DNA of 64,000 nt from Candidatus Yanofskybacteria bacterium (lineage in GTDB: Bacteria; Patescibacteriota; Minisyncoccia; 2-02-FULL-40-12; GWA2-44-9), in NCBI GenBank assembly GCA_003514055.1, contig DOSG01000002.1:79825-143824 (forward strand). The letters run 5' to 3'. Within the stretch, counting starts at the first letter, position 1; every line of letters starts with the position of its first letter. The notes under the pieces were generated by a model, which was not told where the DNA came from, did no database searches, and worked only from the letters and a program-made list of their open reading frames with translations. The position numbers were made by a program, and so were the translations under genes. Below, piece after piece: positions 11,077-20,265 of this stretch.

Positions 11077-11547
11077 ATGGGGACGAATCTCAAACGAATC
11101 ACGGTGAGCCTATTGCTAGTTGTTGGTGTGGTTGTACTTATCTCGGCATTGTCCTCTGGTGAACCAGGGAAGGATGTGGAAACAGTTGCCGCGTTTGATG
11201 TCCCAATGCTTGTTGGCAAGGACCTCTCCGGACTTGTAGCCGAATTGGGCATACCAGATAATAACAGCGAGCCGAATATGCTCCAAATAGAAAATGGGAC
11301 AAAAACATGGGAAAAAAGCTGGGAACGGGGCGACTATTTTCTTATGGCAACTTACGATGTAAAAACTAGAAACGTTATAGACTTGTTTATAGGTGCTGAA
11401 ACCGACGCCGGGTTTGTTCAGTTCCGGGATACAAAAAATATCTTGAAGGTAGGTGGACTATCCTCGAGTGCTACTGGTTACTCGGTCGAATTTGTAAAAG
11501 CAAGAAATACTCCGGGTTATACAGGTGCTGTTATTAAGGAGAGGTAA
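11077..11547 (+). CDS. Hypothetical membrane-anchored/secreted protein
   Basis: internal ATG followed by a hydrophobic segment (ITVSLLLVVGVVVLISAL). Confidence 0.45.
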   Translation: MGTNLKRITVSLLLVVGVVVLISALSSGEPGKDVETVAAFDVPMLVGKDLSGLVAELGIPDNNSEPNMLQIENGTKTWEKSWERGDYFLMATYDVKTRNVIDLFIGAETDAGFVQFRDTKNILKVGGLSSSATGYSVEFVKARNTPGYTGAVIKER

Positions 11548-11655
11548 ATAATGGGAGGATATCCCGACAAGGTTCAATACGATCTTGTCCAGTATCCATG
11601 TTGATTTTATTGTCTATTTCTGCGAGGATGTCTTCATCTAAATAATTTCAGCAAT

Positions 11656-12795
11656 ATGACGAGAAAAATTAATAAAATTGAGCTTCCAAAACCAATAGAC
11701 AAGAAAGAGATTACCTTGGATTCTTTAGTGTTAGACGACGACAATCCTCGCTTTGGGAGTACCCTGAACGGCAAAAGTCAGGAAGAAATCATAGAGAAAC
11801 TTGCCAAAGAGAAAAATCTATATGAGTTAATAGAATCATTCAGACAGAATGGTTACTACGAAGCAGAACCCCTGCTAGTTATCGGAGATAAAAAAAGTCC
11901 TGGTAAGTATATCGTCATTGAGGGCAATCGACGCGTAGCAGCTTTAAAAATACTTTTTGACTCAAACCTTTTAAAAAAATTCGGCTTTTCTAGTCCAAAC
12001 AATTTAAAACTTGAGGATTCTCTTGTGGAAAATCTCACCAAACACATTCCTGTGCAGGTTTATGGTAGTCGAAAAGATCTATGGAGCTACTTGGGCTTCA
12101 GGCATATTAAGGGGCCAATGCCGTGGGATCCTTATAGTAAGGCGCTTTATATTGTTAGTTTACATAAAGCTGGTACGTCAATAGACGAGATTGTTGAGCG
12201 CATAGGAGATCAAAATGCTCTAGTCGTGAAGATGTTTAATGGCATAAAGGTACTACAACAGGCAGAGCGCAAAAACCTTATTGAACCGGAAAATATAGCA
12301 AAGTTCGCCTTTTCCCATTTGTATACCATTCTTGGATACACAAATACGCAAAAGTTTCTTGGTCTTAAAATAAAAAGTGGGACTCTCTTAAAAGACAACC
12401 CCATACATGAAAAATATATTAAAAATCTGAAGTTACTCATTGAATTTATTTATGGTGATAAGGAGGGTAAATTCAAGTCGGTTATTCGGTCACAGAATCC
12501 TGATATCCGCCAATTAGACGCAGTCTTAAGCGACCCGAAATTAATAGCTGACCTAAAGGTAAACGTGAATCAGGTCGGATCTTTGAGTAATGTCTTTGCT
12601 GCTACCGGAGAGGCAGAGCAGATAGTCCCAGACTTAATAGCTGATGCTTTGGCAAAACTTAAAAAAGCAGCTGCCAACTTTCATACATATAAAAAAGTTG
12701 ACTCTTCCACAAGATCAATGATCGATGAAATAGCTGAGCTTGCCATAGATTTAACAAACAGACTCGATGCCAAGAAAAAAGGTAAAAAAAGCTAG
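11656..12795 (+). CDS. ParB-like / DUF262-like NTPase-nuclease domain protein
   Basis: DDDNPR box followed by YIVIEGNRRVAALK, resembling ParB Box I-II and the DUF262 DGQQR motif; 379 aa; 3' end overlaps the next gene by 29 nt. Confidence 0.5.
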   Translation: MTRKINKIELPKPIDKKEITLDSLVLDDDNPRFGSTLNGKSQEEIIEKLAKEKNLYELIESFRQNGYYEAEPLLVIGDKKSPGKYIVIEGNRRVAALKILFDSNLLKKFGFSSPNNLKLEDSLVENLTKHIPVQVYGSRKDLWSYLGFRHIKGPMPWDPYSKALYIVSLHKAGTSIDEIVERIGDQNALVVKMFNGIKVLQQAERKNLIEPENIAKFAFSHLYTILGYTNTQKFLGLKIKSGTLLKDNPIHEKYIKNLKLLIEFIYGDKEGKFKSVIRSQNPDIRQLDAVLSDPKLIADLKVNVNQVGSLSNVFAATGEAEQIVPDLIADALAKLKKAAANFHTYKKVDSSTRSMIDEIAELAIDLTNRLDAKKKGKKS

Positions 12796-13747
12796 ATCTT
12801 CTGCTCCTACTTTACGCCAGCTGATATCATTACCAAACCAAGCAGACGAGTTATCAGAGTTAGCAGATTGGGTAGAAGTTTCAGCATGGATTCAATCTGA
12901 CTATCAAGTTAGTCGGGAAGAGGTACTGTCTGTTTTTTCGTTTGCATCGGATAGTAATGATGCAGAAGAAAAAGTTTCAAAGTTGTGGGACGAATTAAAA
13001 ACCCGTGCTGTAATTCTCCAAGATCATTATCCCTTTGCGTTATCTCCCGGGGAAGAGATTTTTCAATTTAAAAATAACGACCGCTACAAGGCTTATCTTT
13101 TTTGTTTACTTCTTTCGTTTGTTGGACTTACAAAAATAAACTCCAGAACATTTCCCGCTGCAAGTATTTTTGAAGAGTTATGCTCTTCTGTCGCTCAGAA
13201 ATATATTTCAAGTGAGTCAGTTCCTGCGAAAAGCTTACATTTTGGTTGGCCGCGTAATAGCTGGCCCAGAAGACAAAGATCACTATTAAAGGCCCTGCCA
13301 GAGCTTATAAGGACCCTCGGAGATGGAGAAAATCTAATTGATGGTGTCAGAAGTGGACGAAGTGCTCATACAGGAGATGCGGGTCTAGATATTGCTGCTT
13401 GGCGTCCATTCGTAGATGAGAGAAGGGGCATGTTGGTATTTTTAGGGCAGTGTGCAACTTCTAGGGACCATAATAGTTACATGAAGAAATTAGGAGACCT
13501 CGATTCATTCCTACTAGAGTGTGTTAACTTTAATTTTCCAAACACCCTAGGGTTGTTTATACCCCATATCCTGAGCGACAACGATCAATCCCACAAGGAG
13601 TACTGGGAGAGAATAAAGAGAAGGAAGAATATCCCATTTGATAGAATTAGAATTGCTCTTTATGGCGAGTCTTGGTCAAACTCTAAACTAGATACTTTTT
13701 TAAGTAGTCAACGTAAAAAATTGAAACAGGAGCACTCTCTTACTTAA
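12767..13747 (+). CDS. Hypothetical protein, putative nuclease partner (DUF1524/His-Me-finger-like, tentative)
   Basis: C-terminal IPHILSDNDQSHKEYW...N...SNSK resembles the EHIxPQ...W...N...N pattern of DUF1524; translationally coupled to the ParB-like gene. Confidence 0.35.
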   Translation: MPRKKVKKARSSAPTLRQLISLPNQADELSELADWVEVSAWIQSDYQVSREEVLSVFSFASDSNDAEEKVSKLWDELKTRAVILQDHYPFALSPGEEIFQFKNNDRYKAYLFCLLLSFVGLTKINSRTFPAASIFEELCSSVAQKYISSESVPAKSLHFGWPRNSWPRRQRSLLKALPELIRTLGDGENLIDGVRSGRSAHTGDAGLDIAAWRPFVDERRGMLVFLGQCATSRDHNSYMKKLGDLDSFLLECVNFNFPNTLGLFIPHILSDNDQSHKEYWERIKRRKNIPFDRIRIALYGESWSNSKLDTFLSSQRKKLKQEHSLT

Positions 13748-14885
13748 GAACCTTGATCGTAAAGTCGTACTCTCCAGAGTCATCGTATTTTTTGCCGAAC
13801 ATTCTAGCCTGCCGCACTTTTTTAAAAGGAGAGTAGCTTTCTTTTATTAAACTAAGTTTTTGATTGCTCCTTTTTATGCTTTTCTGGATAATTTTTCGCA
13901 AAGGGTAATTATCTTTTGTGGATTGACCTATTCTACATACTATAATCCCATCTTTACTCATTATTTTAATAAGTGACTTCCATGTGTCAGAAAGAAAATC
14001 TATATATTTTTCTTGAGATGCAATTCTGTCATCTTTGGTTATCTTGCCTCGTGATGGAAATGGCTCGAATCCTAAGAACCATAGCCTTAGCCACTGGTCT
14101 TCCTCGTAAGATGTTATTTTTAAATATGGCGGAGACATTACTACTAGCGCGGCTTTCTTACTGGTGATCTTCTTTATGTTTCTATCAATATCTCTAACAT
14201 CTCCTAAGATACAATGCCCACGAGATTTAAATTTATGCTGTTTAGAGTTTGATAGTCTGAAATTTGTCCTGTCTCGTAAAACAGAGAAGGTGTCTATATG
14301 AGGAGCCTTCATTTTATTTTTGTGCCAGAATCTAACTGAGTAGCCTGGCTTCGGGCAATACGTATGGGGCAGGTTATTGCTTAAGTAAACCTTTTTTGTT
14401 TTTTGTGTTTCCCCGTGCAAGTAGCTAAGACATAATGTTTTAATAAAAAGACCCTCCTTTGTTTGCTCTTTTTTAAGTCGGTTCCTTAACCATAAAATCT
14501 GAAGTAGGGTTTTGCTATAGTATGCATGGCGGAAAAAAAGCGGCAACCTGGAAGCTTCTTCTCTGATAGAATTCTTATCGGCCGACTCAAACTCCTTCTC
14601 TAGTTTTTCGATGTATTTTAAGCAGGTAGCCAGTTTAATGGGCCTTGTTTTTGCTTGAGTAATCGCAAACGCCACAGGGTTTATATCATTGGCTATCGCC
14701 GCTCTTCCCAGTATTCTTGCTTCCAACAAGGTGGTTCCTCTACCTGAAAAGGGGTCTATAACTAAATCTCCTGGCTTTGAATGTTTTAAGATGGCGTCTC
14801 TAGCAAATTCTGGAGGGAACATGGCAAAATAAGGGCATAGTGCATGCATTGCATCATTGTAAGTTATTGAGGATATAATTTTCAT
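13740..14885 (-). CDS. DNA methyltransferase (N6-adenine or N4-cytosine, amino-MTase)
   Basis: AdoMet motif I DLVIDPFSGRGTT near the N-terminus and catalytic motif IV SPPY (VVMSPPYL) about 210 aa downstream. Confidence 0.8.
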   Translation of the reverse strand: MKIISSITYNDAMHALCPYFAMFPPEFARDAILKHSKPGDLVIDPFSGRGTTLLEARILGRAAIANDINPVAFAITQAKTRPIKLATCLKYIEKLEKEFESADKNSIREEASRLPLFFRHAYYSKTLLQILWLRNRLKKEQTKEGLFIKTLCLSYLHGETQKTKKVYLSNNLPHTYCPKPGYSVRFWHKNKMKAPHIDTFSVLRDRTNFRLSNSKQHKFKSRGHCILGDVRDIDRNIKKITSKKAALVVMSPPYLKITSYEEDQWLRLWFLGFEPFPSRGKITKDDRIASQEKYIDFLSDTWKSLIKIMSKDGIIVCRIGQSTKDNYPLRKIIQKSIKRSNQKLSLIKESYSPFKKVRQARMFGKKYDDSGEYDFTIKVLK

Positions 14886-15147
14886 TCCTGCTTTAAATTT
14901 AGCAAATTTATGAGACCTTGGCCAGAGTGGGTTAACAACAGGTGAAATTAAAGAAATCTATTCAATTTTTTTTGTAGTAAATCCAGGTCTCCGAATTCTT
15001 CGACCCAATCAATCTGTCTGAAATCGTCCTTCAGTGCGAGCTAGTAGCGCTGTTATAATGAGAGCCAGCATTATCTGACTTTTTAGTTATAACAAGTATG
15101 GACGGTAGAGCTAACTTCTGATAACCTTATCGCATTCCATCAGAAGG

Positions 15148-15756
15148 TTGAGACCTATGCGACTAATTATCGGCACCACAAATGAGGCCAAGGTTAAGCA
15201 AATTAAAGGAGCCTTGCTGCCACTGAAATTTCAAGTTGATGGCGTCAAAGATAAGAGTGTTCTTCCTGAAGTAATAGAGGATGGTGCGACTGCTCAAGAT
15301 AACGCCAGGAAGAAAGCCGTCGCATATGCCAAGGTATTGGGCGCAACAGTTTTATCAATGGATAACGCCCTATTTATTGATGGTCTGAACGAGAAAGAGC
15401 AGCCTGGCATTAATGTCCGGAGAATAAATAGTCGAGATGACCGTTCGGATGACCAAGAATTATTGAACCACTATAGTTCCTTAATCAGAAGGCTCGGAGA
15501 AAAAGTCGGGGGGCATTGGGAGTTTGCGATATGCGTAGCGACTCCAAGCGGCGAGACTCGTGAGACAACGATCATATCGCCAAGATTGTTTGTTGCTCAG
15601 TCGAGTTCGAAGATAGTACCAGGCTATCCGCTTGAGTCGATTCAAATTGAACCAGAGAGTGGAAAGTATATCTCCGAAATGAGCCAAGACGAACAGGACG
15701 TGTTTTGGCAGAAAGCAATCGGGAAAGAACTATGCAACTTTGTCGGATCATTGTAA
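15148..15756 (+). CDS. Ham1/RdgB-like non-canonical purine NTP pyrophosphatase (tentative)
   Basis: N-terminus RLIIGTTNEAKVKQIKGAL resembles the RdgB/Ham1 start; about 200 aa. Confidence 0.5.
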   Translation: MRPMRLIIGTTNEAKVKQIKGALLPLKFQVDGVKDKSVLPEVIEDGATAQDNARKKAVAYAKVLGATVLSMDNALFIDGLNEKEQPGINVRRINSRDDRSDDQELLNHYSSLIRRLGEKVGGHWEFAICVATPSGETRETTIISPRLFVAQSSSKIVPGYPLESIQIEPESGKYISEMSQDEQDVFWQKAIGKELCNFVGSL

Positions 15757-15770
15757 TCCCAGGCCCATTC

Positions 15771-15900
15771 GCCGACTAACGTCGGCTTTTTTATTCCAAA
15801 CAGATTCTGACATCAATGCATCAACGGAGCTAGCAGCGCTGCTATACGAAAGTTGACAAATGCCACGAGGGTGGTATTTTAGACTTAGTTTGCTCACAAA
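15771..15900 (+). promoter_or_regulatory. Intergenic module A: hairpin terminator (gccgactaacgtcggc+T7), conserved element ccaaacagattctgacatcaatgcatcaacggagc, then promoter TTGACA / ATGCCAC-gagg-GTGGTAT / TATTTTAG
   Basis: a homologous module occurs at 22086-22185. Confidence 0.6.
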
Positions 15901-15909
15901 GGATAGGCA

Positions 15910-16113
15910 ATGGCCAAACTGTCCATTAACGATATAAGACGGCGGATTAAACAAGCATCAGAGACCGGGCAAGCCTCGTGCGACATCGGGATTGAAGGGG
16001 CATTTCTAGTTCTCTTTGCTGGGATGTCCTTGAATGAAAGAAAACATATATCGAAACGAAAAAGTGAGGGGCGAAGAAGGCCAAACTCAAGCTCAAAGAA
16101 AAGAGCTCGCTGA
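15910..16113 (+). CDS. Small basic protein (67 aa), hypothetical
   Basis: ORF directly downstream of the operator-bearing promoter. Confidence 0.35.
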   Translation: MAKLSINDIRRRIKQASETGQASCDIGIEGAFLVLFAGMSLNERKHISKRKSEGRRRPNSSSKKRAR

Positions 16114-16228
16114 CCGAGAACGGTCATTTTTTAATCCAAACAGATCCTGGCATTCTTTACTCAGCGGAGCACCTATAAAAAGCCAGATAATACTGGCTTT
16201 TTGGTTGGACCTAATGTGGACGTTAGAA

Positions 16229-16927
16229 CTAATCTATCCTTTTCAAGACAAGGTCGCTGAACATACCCGGTATATTTTCGATTACCCACCCTGGCATATA
16301 TTTTTCAAACATAATTTTAAAATACTCCGAGCGTTCTTTCGCCTTACCTTTCCTGCGTAATTTATCGGGTAAAAAATCCTTATCAAATAGTGAATAATAT
16401 AATTCGAACACTTCGTGAGGCAAATGTCCGCTTTTTATTTCATCTCGAGTCAATTTATTGTTGGGATTTGCCAGAATCTCTTCTATGCACCTCCCTACGT
16501 CGCTCCCATAATAAGCAGTATCTGCCGGTGATATGCCGATTGCTTTAATTGATTTCAAGGAAGCCGCGGCTTCAATAAAAGAAGAGATGGCATTCCGAAG
16601 TATCGTCTGATCTTCTGGGCTTAGCCTTATCCGGGCGTATGCATATTCTCTAGTTTTAAATAGGAAGCTGTAACTATTGCCATAGCCTTCGGAAAGTCGG
16701 AATATATACTTTAGCCCGCCAATCGTCTTTTGTAAGGTATAGCGATTGTATGGTTGCTCCTCGCGTCGGAATGCGAAGGGGTAGGTCGTTGAATGATAAA
16801 TCTTTCCTTCTTCTAACTCTGGAAGGTTTTCTAACTCCAATTCTCGTTCGCTTTCGACGACTATGGGGGAGTTCGGCTTATGCTCTATAATCTTTTTGGC
16901 TTCGTTACTATTCCATTCTTGGCTCAT
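16229..16927 (-). CDS. Hypothetical protein (232 aa)
   Basis: long ORF on the minus strand inside the cassette region. Confidence 0.5.
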   Translation of the reverse strand: MSQEWNSNEAKKIIEHKPNSPIVVESERELELENLPELEEGKIYHSTTYPFAFRREEQPYNRYTLQKTIGGLKYIFRLSEGYGNSYSFLFKTREYAYARIRLSPEDQTILRNAISSFIEAAASLKSIKAIGISPADTAYYGSDVGRCIEEILANPNNKLTRDEIKSGHLPHEVFELYYSLFDKDFLPDKLRRKGKAKERSEYFKIMFEKYMPGWVIENIPGMFSDLVLKRID

Positions 16928-17099
16928 GATAATAATTCTACTATTAAATTTATTAAATGGTAGGGACGGCTAGATTAAATATTCAGATATTCTCTCAAGT
17001 CGGGGATATGCAAAAAATTCTCTTTTTTGATCACAGTTCTAACGTCATTCACAATGCGGAGCATTTTTCAGAGAGTGGCTTAAAACACCACTTTTTGAT

Positions 17100-17221
17100 A
17101 TTGCAAATATTAGGATTTTGTGCTATAATATAGACAATGTTGCACCATCTAATCTGGATGCGTGCAGGCAGACCGTAAACCAACGATCCAGCACAGCTGG
17201 ACGGATGGAAGGAGAGCGGCT
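17100..17221 (+). promoter_or_regulatory. Promoter TTGCAAAT...TGCTATAAT plus a conserved 52-nt leader (hairpin ccagc-aca-gctgg; RBS ggaaggagag) ahead of paralogue 1
   Basis: nearly identical to 23146-23264. Confidence 0.55.
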
Positions 17222-17650
17222 ATGGCAACTATGGTGTTGCTCGACAACAATGGCGAGAAAGTACGGACTCTCGGGTCGATCATCAATCCGAACCCGGATC
17301 TGGTCATCCCGCAGGGGTGGATGCTCAGTTGGGAAAATCAGTTCATGGAGGTCACTGCGACCGATCGTCTGAAAAATGCCGTGCTTACGCACGGGAAGGC
17401 CCGCGTCCTGGTCAATGTCGTGATGCAGACGCTCGTGGTCAGAATCGAGAGCCCGAATGTGAGGGATCTCGTGGAGGCAATCGACCTCATGGTTCAGTAC
17501 GTCGGGGGCGAGGTCGCTACGTTCAGCCCCTCCGCCGCCAACAATTCGTTCGTCGGCGGCATCAAGAACGACCTCGTCTTTCTTCGAAACATGGCGGTAC
17601 GGGCCATTCGCTCGCTACGGCAGCGAACTGGCTTCAAGATCGCGCGCTAA
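17222..17650 (+). CDS. GC-rich hypothetical protein, paralogue 1 (~142 aa)
   Basis: start MATMVLLDNNGEK after the RBS; 180 nt identical to the 23218-23398 copy, then diverged; own big-stem terminator downstream. Confidence 0.6.
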   Translation: MATMVLLDNNGEKVRTLGSIINPNPDLVIPQGWMLSWENQFMEVTATDRLKNAVLTHGKARVLVNVVMQTLVVRIESPNVRDLVEAIDLMVQYVGGEVATFSPSAANNSFVGGIKNDLVFLRNMAVRAIRSLRQRTGFKIAR

Positions 17651-17855
17651 GCGCTCACACCTCGCATCGAGACAGGGGATCCCAATCCTCGTCTGGTGCG
17701 GGGTCCTTTGTTTTTATACGTATCCAAGACTAATTAAATCTCCCCGAATTCTTACTCAATCCAGCGTTCTGAATGCGTTCCGTAGGCAGAGCAAAGCTTG
17801 ACAATAGCACTAGATGGTGCTATTGTTATTTTAACCTTAAAACTAGGAGAGTGTC

Positions 17856-18059
17856 ATGCGAATAGTTGCCGATGCGTCAAAACGTACATTGAAATTAACT
17901 GCCGAAACTGATATTGACGAGGATGAATTGATAAGAGCGAACTACGTAGTGGTAAGTTCCAAAAAGTGGTACCAATTTTGGAAAAAATCACCAACCGTTA
18001 AATTGACAATGGCTGGAGATAAGAATAAATATCTTCAGGCAATAGAAATCTCTTTCTAG
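17856..18059 (+). CDS. Small hypothetical protein (67 aa)
   Basis: promoter TTGACA-ATAGCAC-N6-GTGCTAT upstream; RBS aggaga; terminator gacccacagtgtgggtc follows. Confidence 0.4.
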   Translation: MRIVADASKRTLKLTAETDIDEDELIRANYVVVSSKKWYQFWKKSPTVKLTMAGDKNKYLQAIEISF

Positions 18060-18127
18060 GTGACCCACAGTGTGGGTCTTTCTTTTGCCTCAAAACAGTC
18101 TCTAACATCAAAGCGTTCGGGGAGTTA

Positions 18128-18162
18128 ACTTGATTATATCACGGAAACGTGGTATAATTATT
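18128..18162 (+). promoter_or_regulatory. Promoter TTGATT-N17-TGgTATAAT (extended -10)
   Basis: acttgattatatcacggaaacgtggtataattat; near-duplicate at 19808-19842. Confidence 0.55.
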
Positions 18163-18197
18163 CTAGTTCTCAAAAACCCAAGAAAGGAGTCAGTATA

Positions 18198-19322
18198 ATG
18201 AGTCTGAAACTGCGTCGGAGAGATAGACTATGGGTCATAACCCAAGGCCTGCCGCACGCTGTCGTGGCGGAAGTCCTCCTCGATCCTTGGGATCAGGTGG
18301 GCGAAGTCGTTCTGTATGCAGATTCCTCCGAGCAAGTTCAGCTCGAGGTTCTGCGTCTTGCGGCCTCACATGTTCGACAGTACGTTCGACATCGGACGGC
18401 TTCGGCTTTCGGTGGCCTCATGGTTGCCGAACATCGTAATCACAACCTGACGCGAGATGATTCCGACCGTTTCATGGATTTCTCGACGATCCCGTCGGAG
18501 ATTCAGGAGATGAATCGGGAGACGCTCACAAGAGGACTTCGCGAACTCCACATCAGTGTCTTTGCTGCCGTCCATCGGCGAGCCGAAGATGCAATCAGCG
18601 CCGCCATCGAACAAGTTGGCGTCGCTGGTCTCAAGTACGAAGTGATTCCCCAAAGGATGATCTTCGATACCGAGTTGATGGTTCGTTTCACCGTCGAAGA
18701 GCCGAACAGCTTCACCTTCTGGCACAGTCAGTCCAGGCCTGGTGGCGGGTTCGATCTCTACATCGTCCCGGCTTATCATCCCGTGATGAACGGGAAAGAG
18801 TCAGTTGGAATGGTCAACGGCGCTACAGATGCTTACATTCGCGGCAACGCGGTGAGAAGCATCTACTGCCCGGAGGACGCACAAGCAACAGATCCCAGTA
18901 AGAACTTCGGTACGAGCTGGAATCACGTGAAGCATCCGTTCTACGCGACAGGTCGTTCGATGGCGGTGAAGTTGATCACCACGAAGGTTCGTTCAGCCGA
19001 AAGCATGGAGGAGCTCACTCAGCTTCTGCGTGCTGCTCTCGGTCTGGACAACAAGTACGTGGACATCAGCGGCGGTTTCAATGCTCCGCTAAAGTGCGGG
19101 TACAATCGCATCGTTGAACTCGGCATCAGATCGCCCTATCCGCAAGCCGAGTACAGGCGCGGCGGTAACATCACTCGCGGTTCCGAACAACATTGCGTAT
19201 GGTCTTATCGAGTCCTCAAGGAAGAGGGGCAACTCGAGAAGGCCTACATTCCTTCCTGGTTTATCAAAGAAGGCTGGCTGAAGATCTACGAAGGCGCTGA
19301 AGAACGCCACGGTCTCTACTGA
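18198..19322 (+). CDS. GC-rich hypothetical protein (374 aa)
   Basis: strong RBS aaaggagtcagtataATG; GC content far above the surrounding DNA; terminator 19347-19396. Confidence 0.6.
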   Translation: MSLKLRRRDRLWVITQGLPHAVVAEVLLDPWDQVGEVVLYADSSEQVQLEVLRLAASHVRQYVRHRTASAFGGLMVAEHRNHNLTRDDSDRFMDFSTIPSEIQEMNRETLTRGLRELHISVFAAVHRRAEDAISAAIEQVGVAGLKYEVIPQRMIFDTELMVRFTVEEPNSFTFWHSQSRPGGGFDLYIVPAYHPVMNGKESVGMVNGATDAYIRGNAVRSIYCPEDAQATDPSKNFGTSWNHVKHPFYATGRSMAVKLITTKVRSAESMEELTQLLRAALGLDNKYVDISGGFNAPLKCGYNRIVELGIRSPYPQAEYRRGGNITRGSEQHCVWSYRVLKEEGQLEKAYIPSWFIKEGWLKIYEGAEERHGLY

Positions 19323-19494
19323 TGAGCAAGCTCAGAAATCACCTGCCCGCGAGAGCCCGCACATTACGTGCCCGCCTCGCGGGCTCTCTCTTTTTATACA
19401 AACGCATATTTTATTAAATCATTGTGAATACTAACCCAATCCAGCGTTCTGAATGCGTTCCGTAGGCAGAGCTGACAGCATTATTGCAAGTATA

Positions 19495-19524
19495 TTGACA
19501 AATACCACGCGAGTGGTATTCTAG
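19495..19524 (+). promoter_or_regulatory. Promoter with operator: TTGACA-a-ATACCAC-gcga-GTGGTAT-TCTAG
   Basis: perfect 7-bp inverted repeat between -35 and -10. Confidence 0.6.
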
Positions 19525-19556
19525 GTCAAGTTGATCGTTCTCTGAGGTAAGAGGCG

Positions 19557-19742
19557 ATGAATAAAAAACCACGTTCACCATATCGCAAGAAGCCTTTGCC
19601 TTGTCCTTTTGGATGTCCTGGGTGTTTAGGGAGATTTTTGGGCAAAAAATGTGAATGTTCGAATACGCTGTCAACGTGTCAGCGTGCTCGCAAAGGCGAG
19701 TGCAATGAGTGCCATGCCTGTCGTTCATGTCGAGATGCATGA
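19557..19742 (+). CDS. Cysteine-rich small peptide (61 aa, 12 Cys)
   Basis: CPFGCPGCLGRFLGKKCECSNTLSTCQRARKGECNECHACRSC; RBS gaggtaagagg; terminator caaaccgccatattggcggttt follows. Confidence 0.45.
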   Translation: MNKKPRSPYRKKPLPCPFGCPGCLGRFLGKKCECSNTLSTCQRARKGECNECHACRSCRDA

Positions 19743-19856
19743 TCAAACCGCCATATTGGCGGTTTTTATTTTCTAGATAGATCCTGATTTTATCCAGCGG
19801 AGTAGCACTTGATTATATCGTGTAAATGTGGTATAATTACTATACGGGGTGGCAAA

Positions 19857-20138
19857 ATGAATAAGGATACCGGGTGGATGATTGCTTCCGGGGTGGTAGG
19901 CTTCTTGTTCTTCTTGATCGCAAATTTCACAAACTTCTTTGCTGGCGCTAGTGTTCTGGCCGGCTGTCTCCAGCTTTGTGTTAATGCTTTTGTGTTCGTT
20001 GTCTGGGCCAGAGCATTCATGCGAAGCCATGGTTTTAAGAAGTTTGTGGCTTTCTTCGGAGTGATCGTCCCCGTCGGTATGGCGGGCGTTACTCTTTGGA
20101 GAATTCTAATCCCTGCAATCACAGCATCATTTGTTTGA
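19857..20138 (+). CDS. Small membrane protein (93 aa)
   Basis: two predicted TM segments; extended -10 promoter 19808-19842; terminator gaccgagaacggtc+T7 follows. Confidence 0.5.
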   Translation: MNKDTGWMIASGVVGFLFFLIANFTNFFAGASVLAGCLQLCVNAFVFVVWARAFMRSHGFKKFVAFFGVIVPVGMAGVTLWRILIPAITASFV

Positions 20139-20265
20139 TGCTCGCTGACCGAGAACGGTCTTTTTTTGTTGCAAAATAGGTTCTGATATTGATGCGTCAG
20201 CGAAGTTGGCGGCATTGCTACGTGAAAGCCAGACAAAGCTGGCTTTTTGGTTGAATCTGGTATAG

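Noticed and set aside
17317-17733. 138-aa Arg-rich ORF and other alternate-frame ORFs across the GC-rich genes (17118-17392, 18230-18779, 23193-23739, 35507-36750)
   Set aside because: These are frame-shifted or antisense overlaps of better-supported genes. High GC suppresses stop codons and so produces long spurious ORFs.
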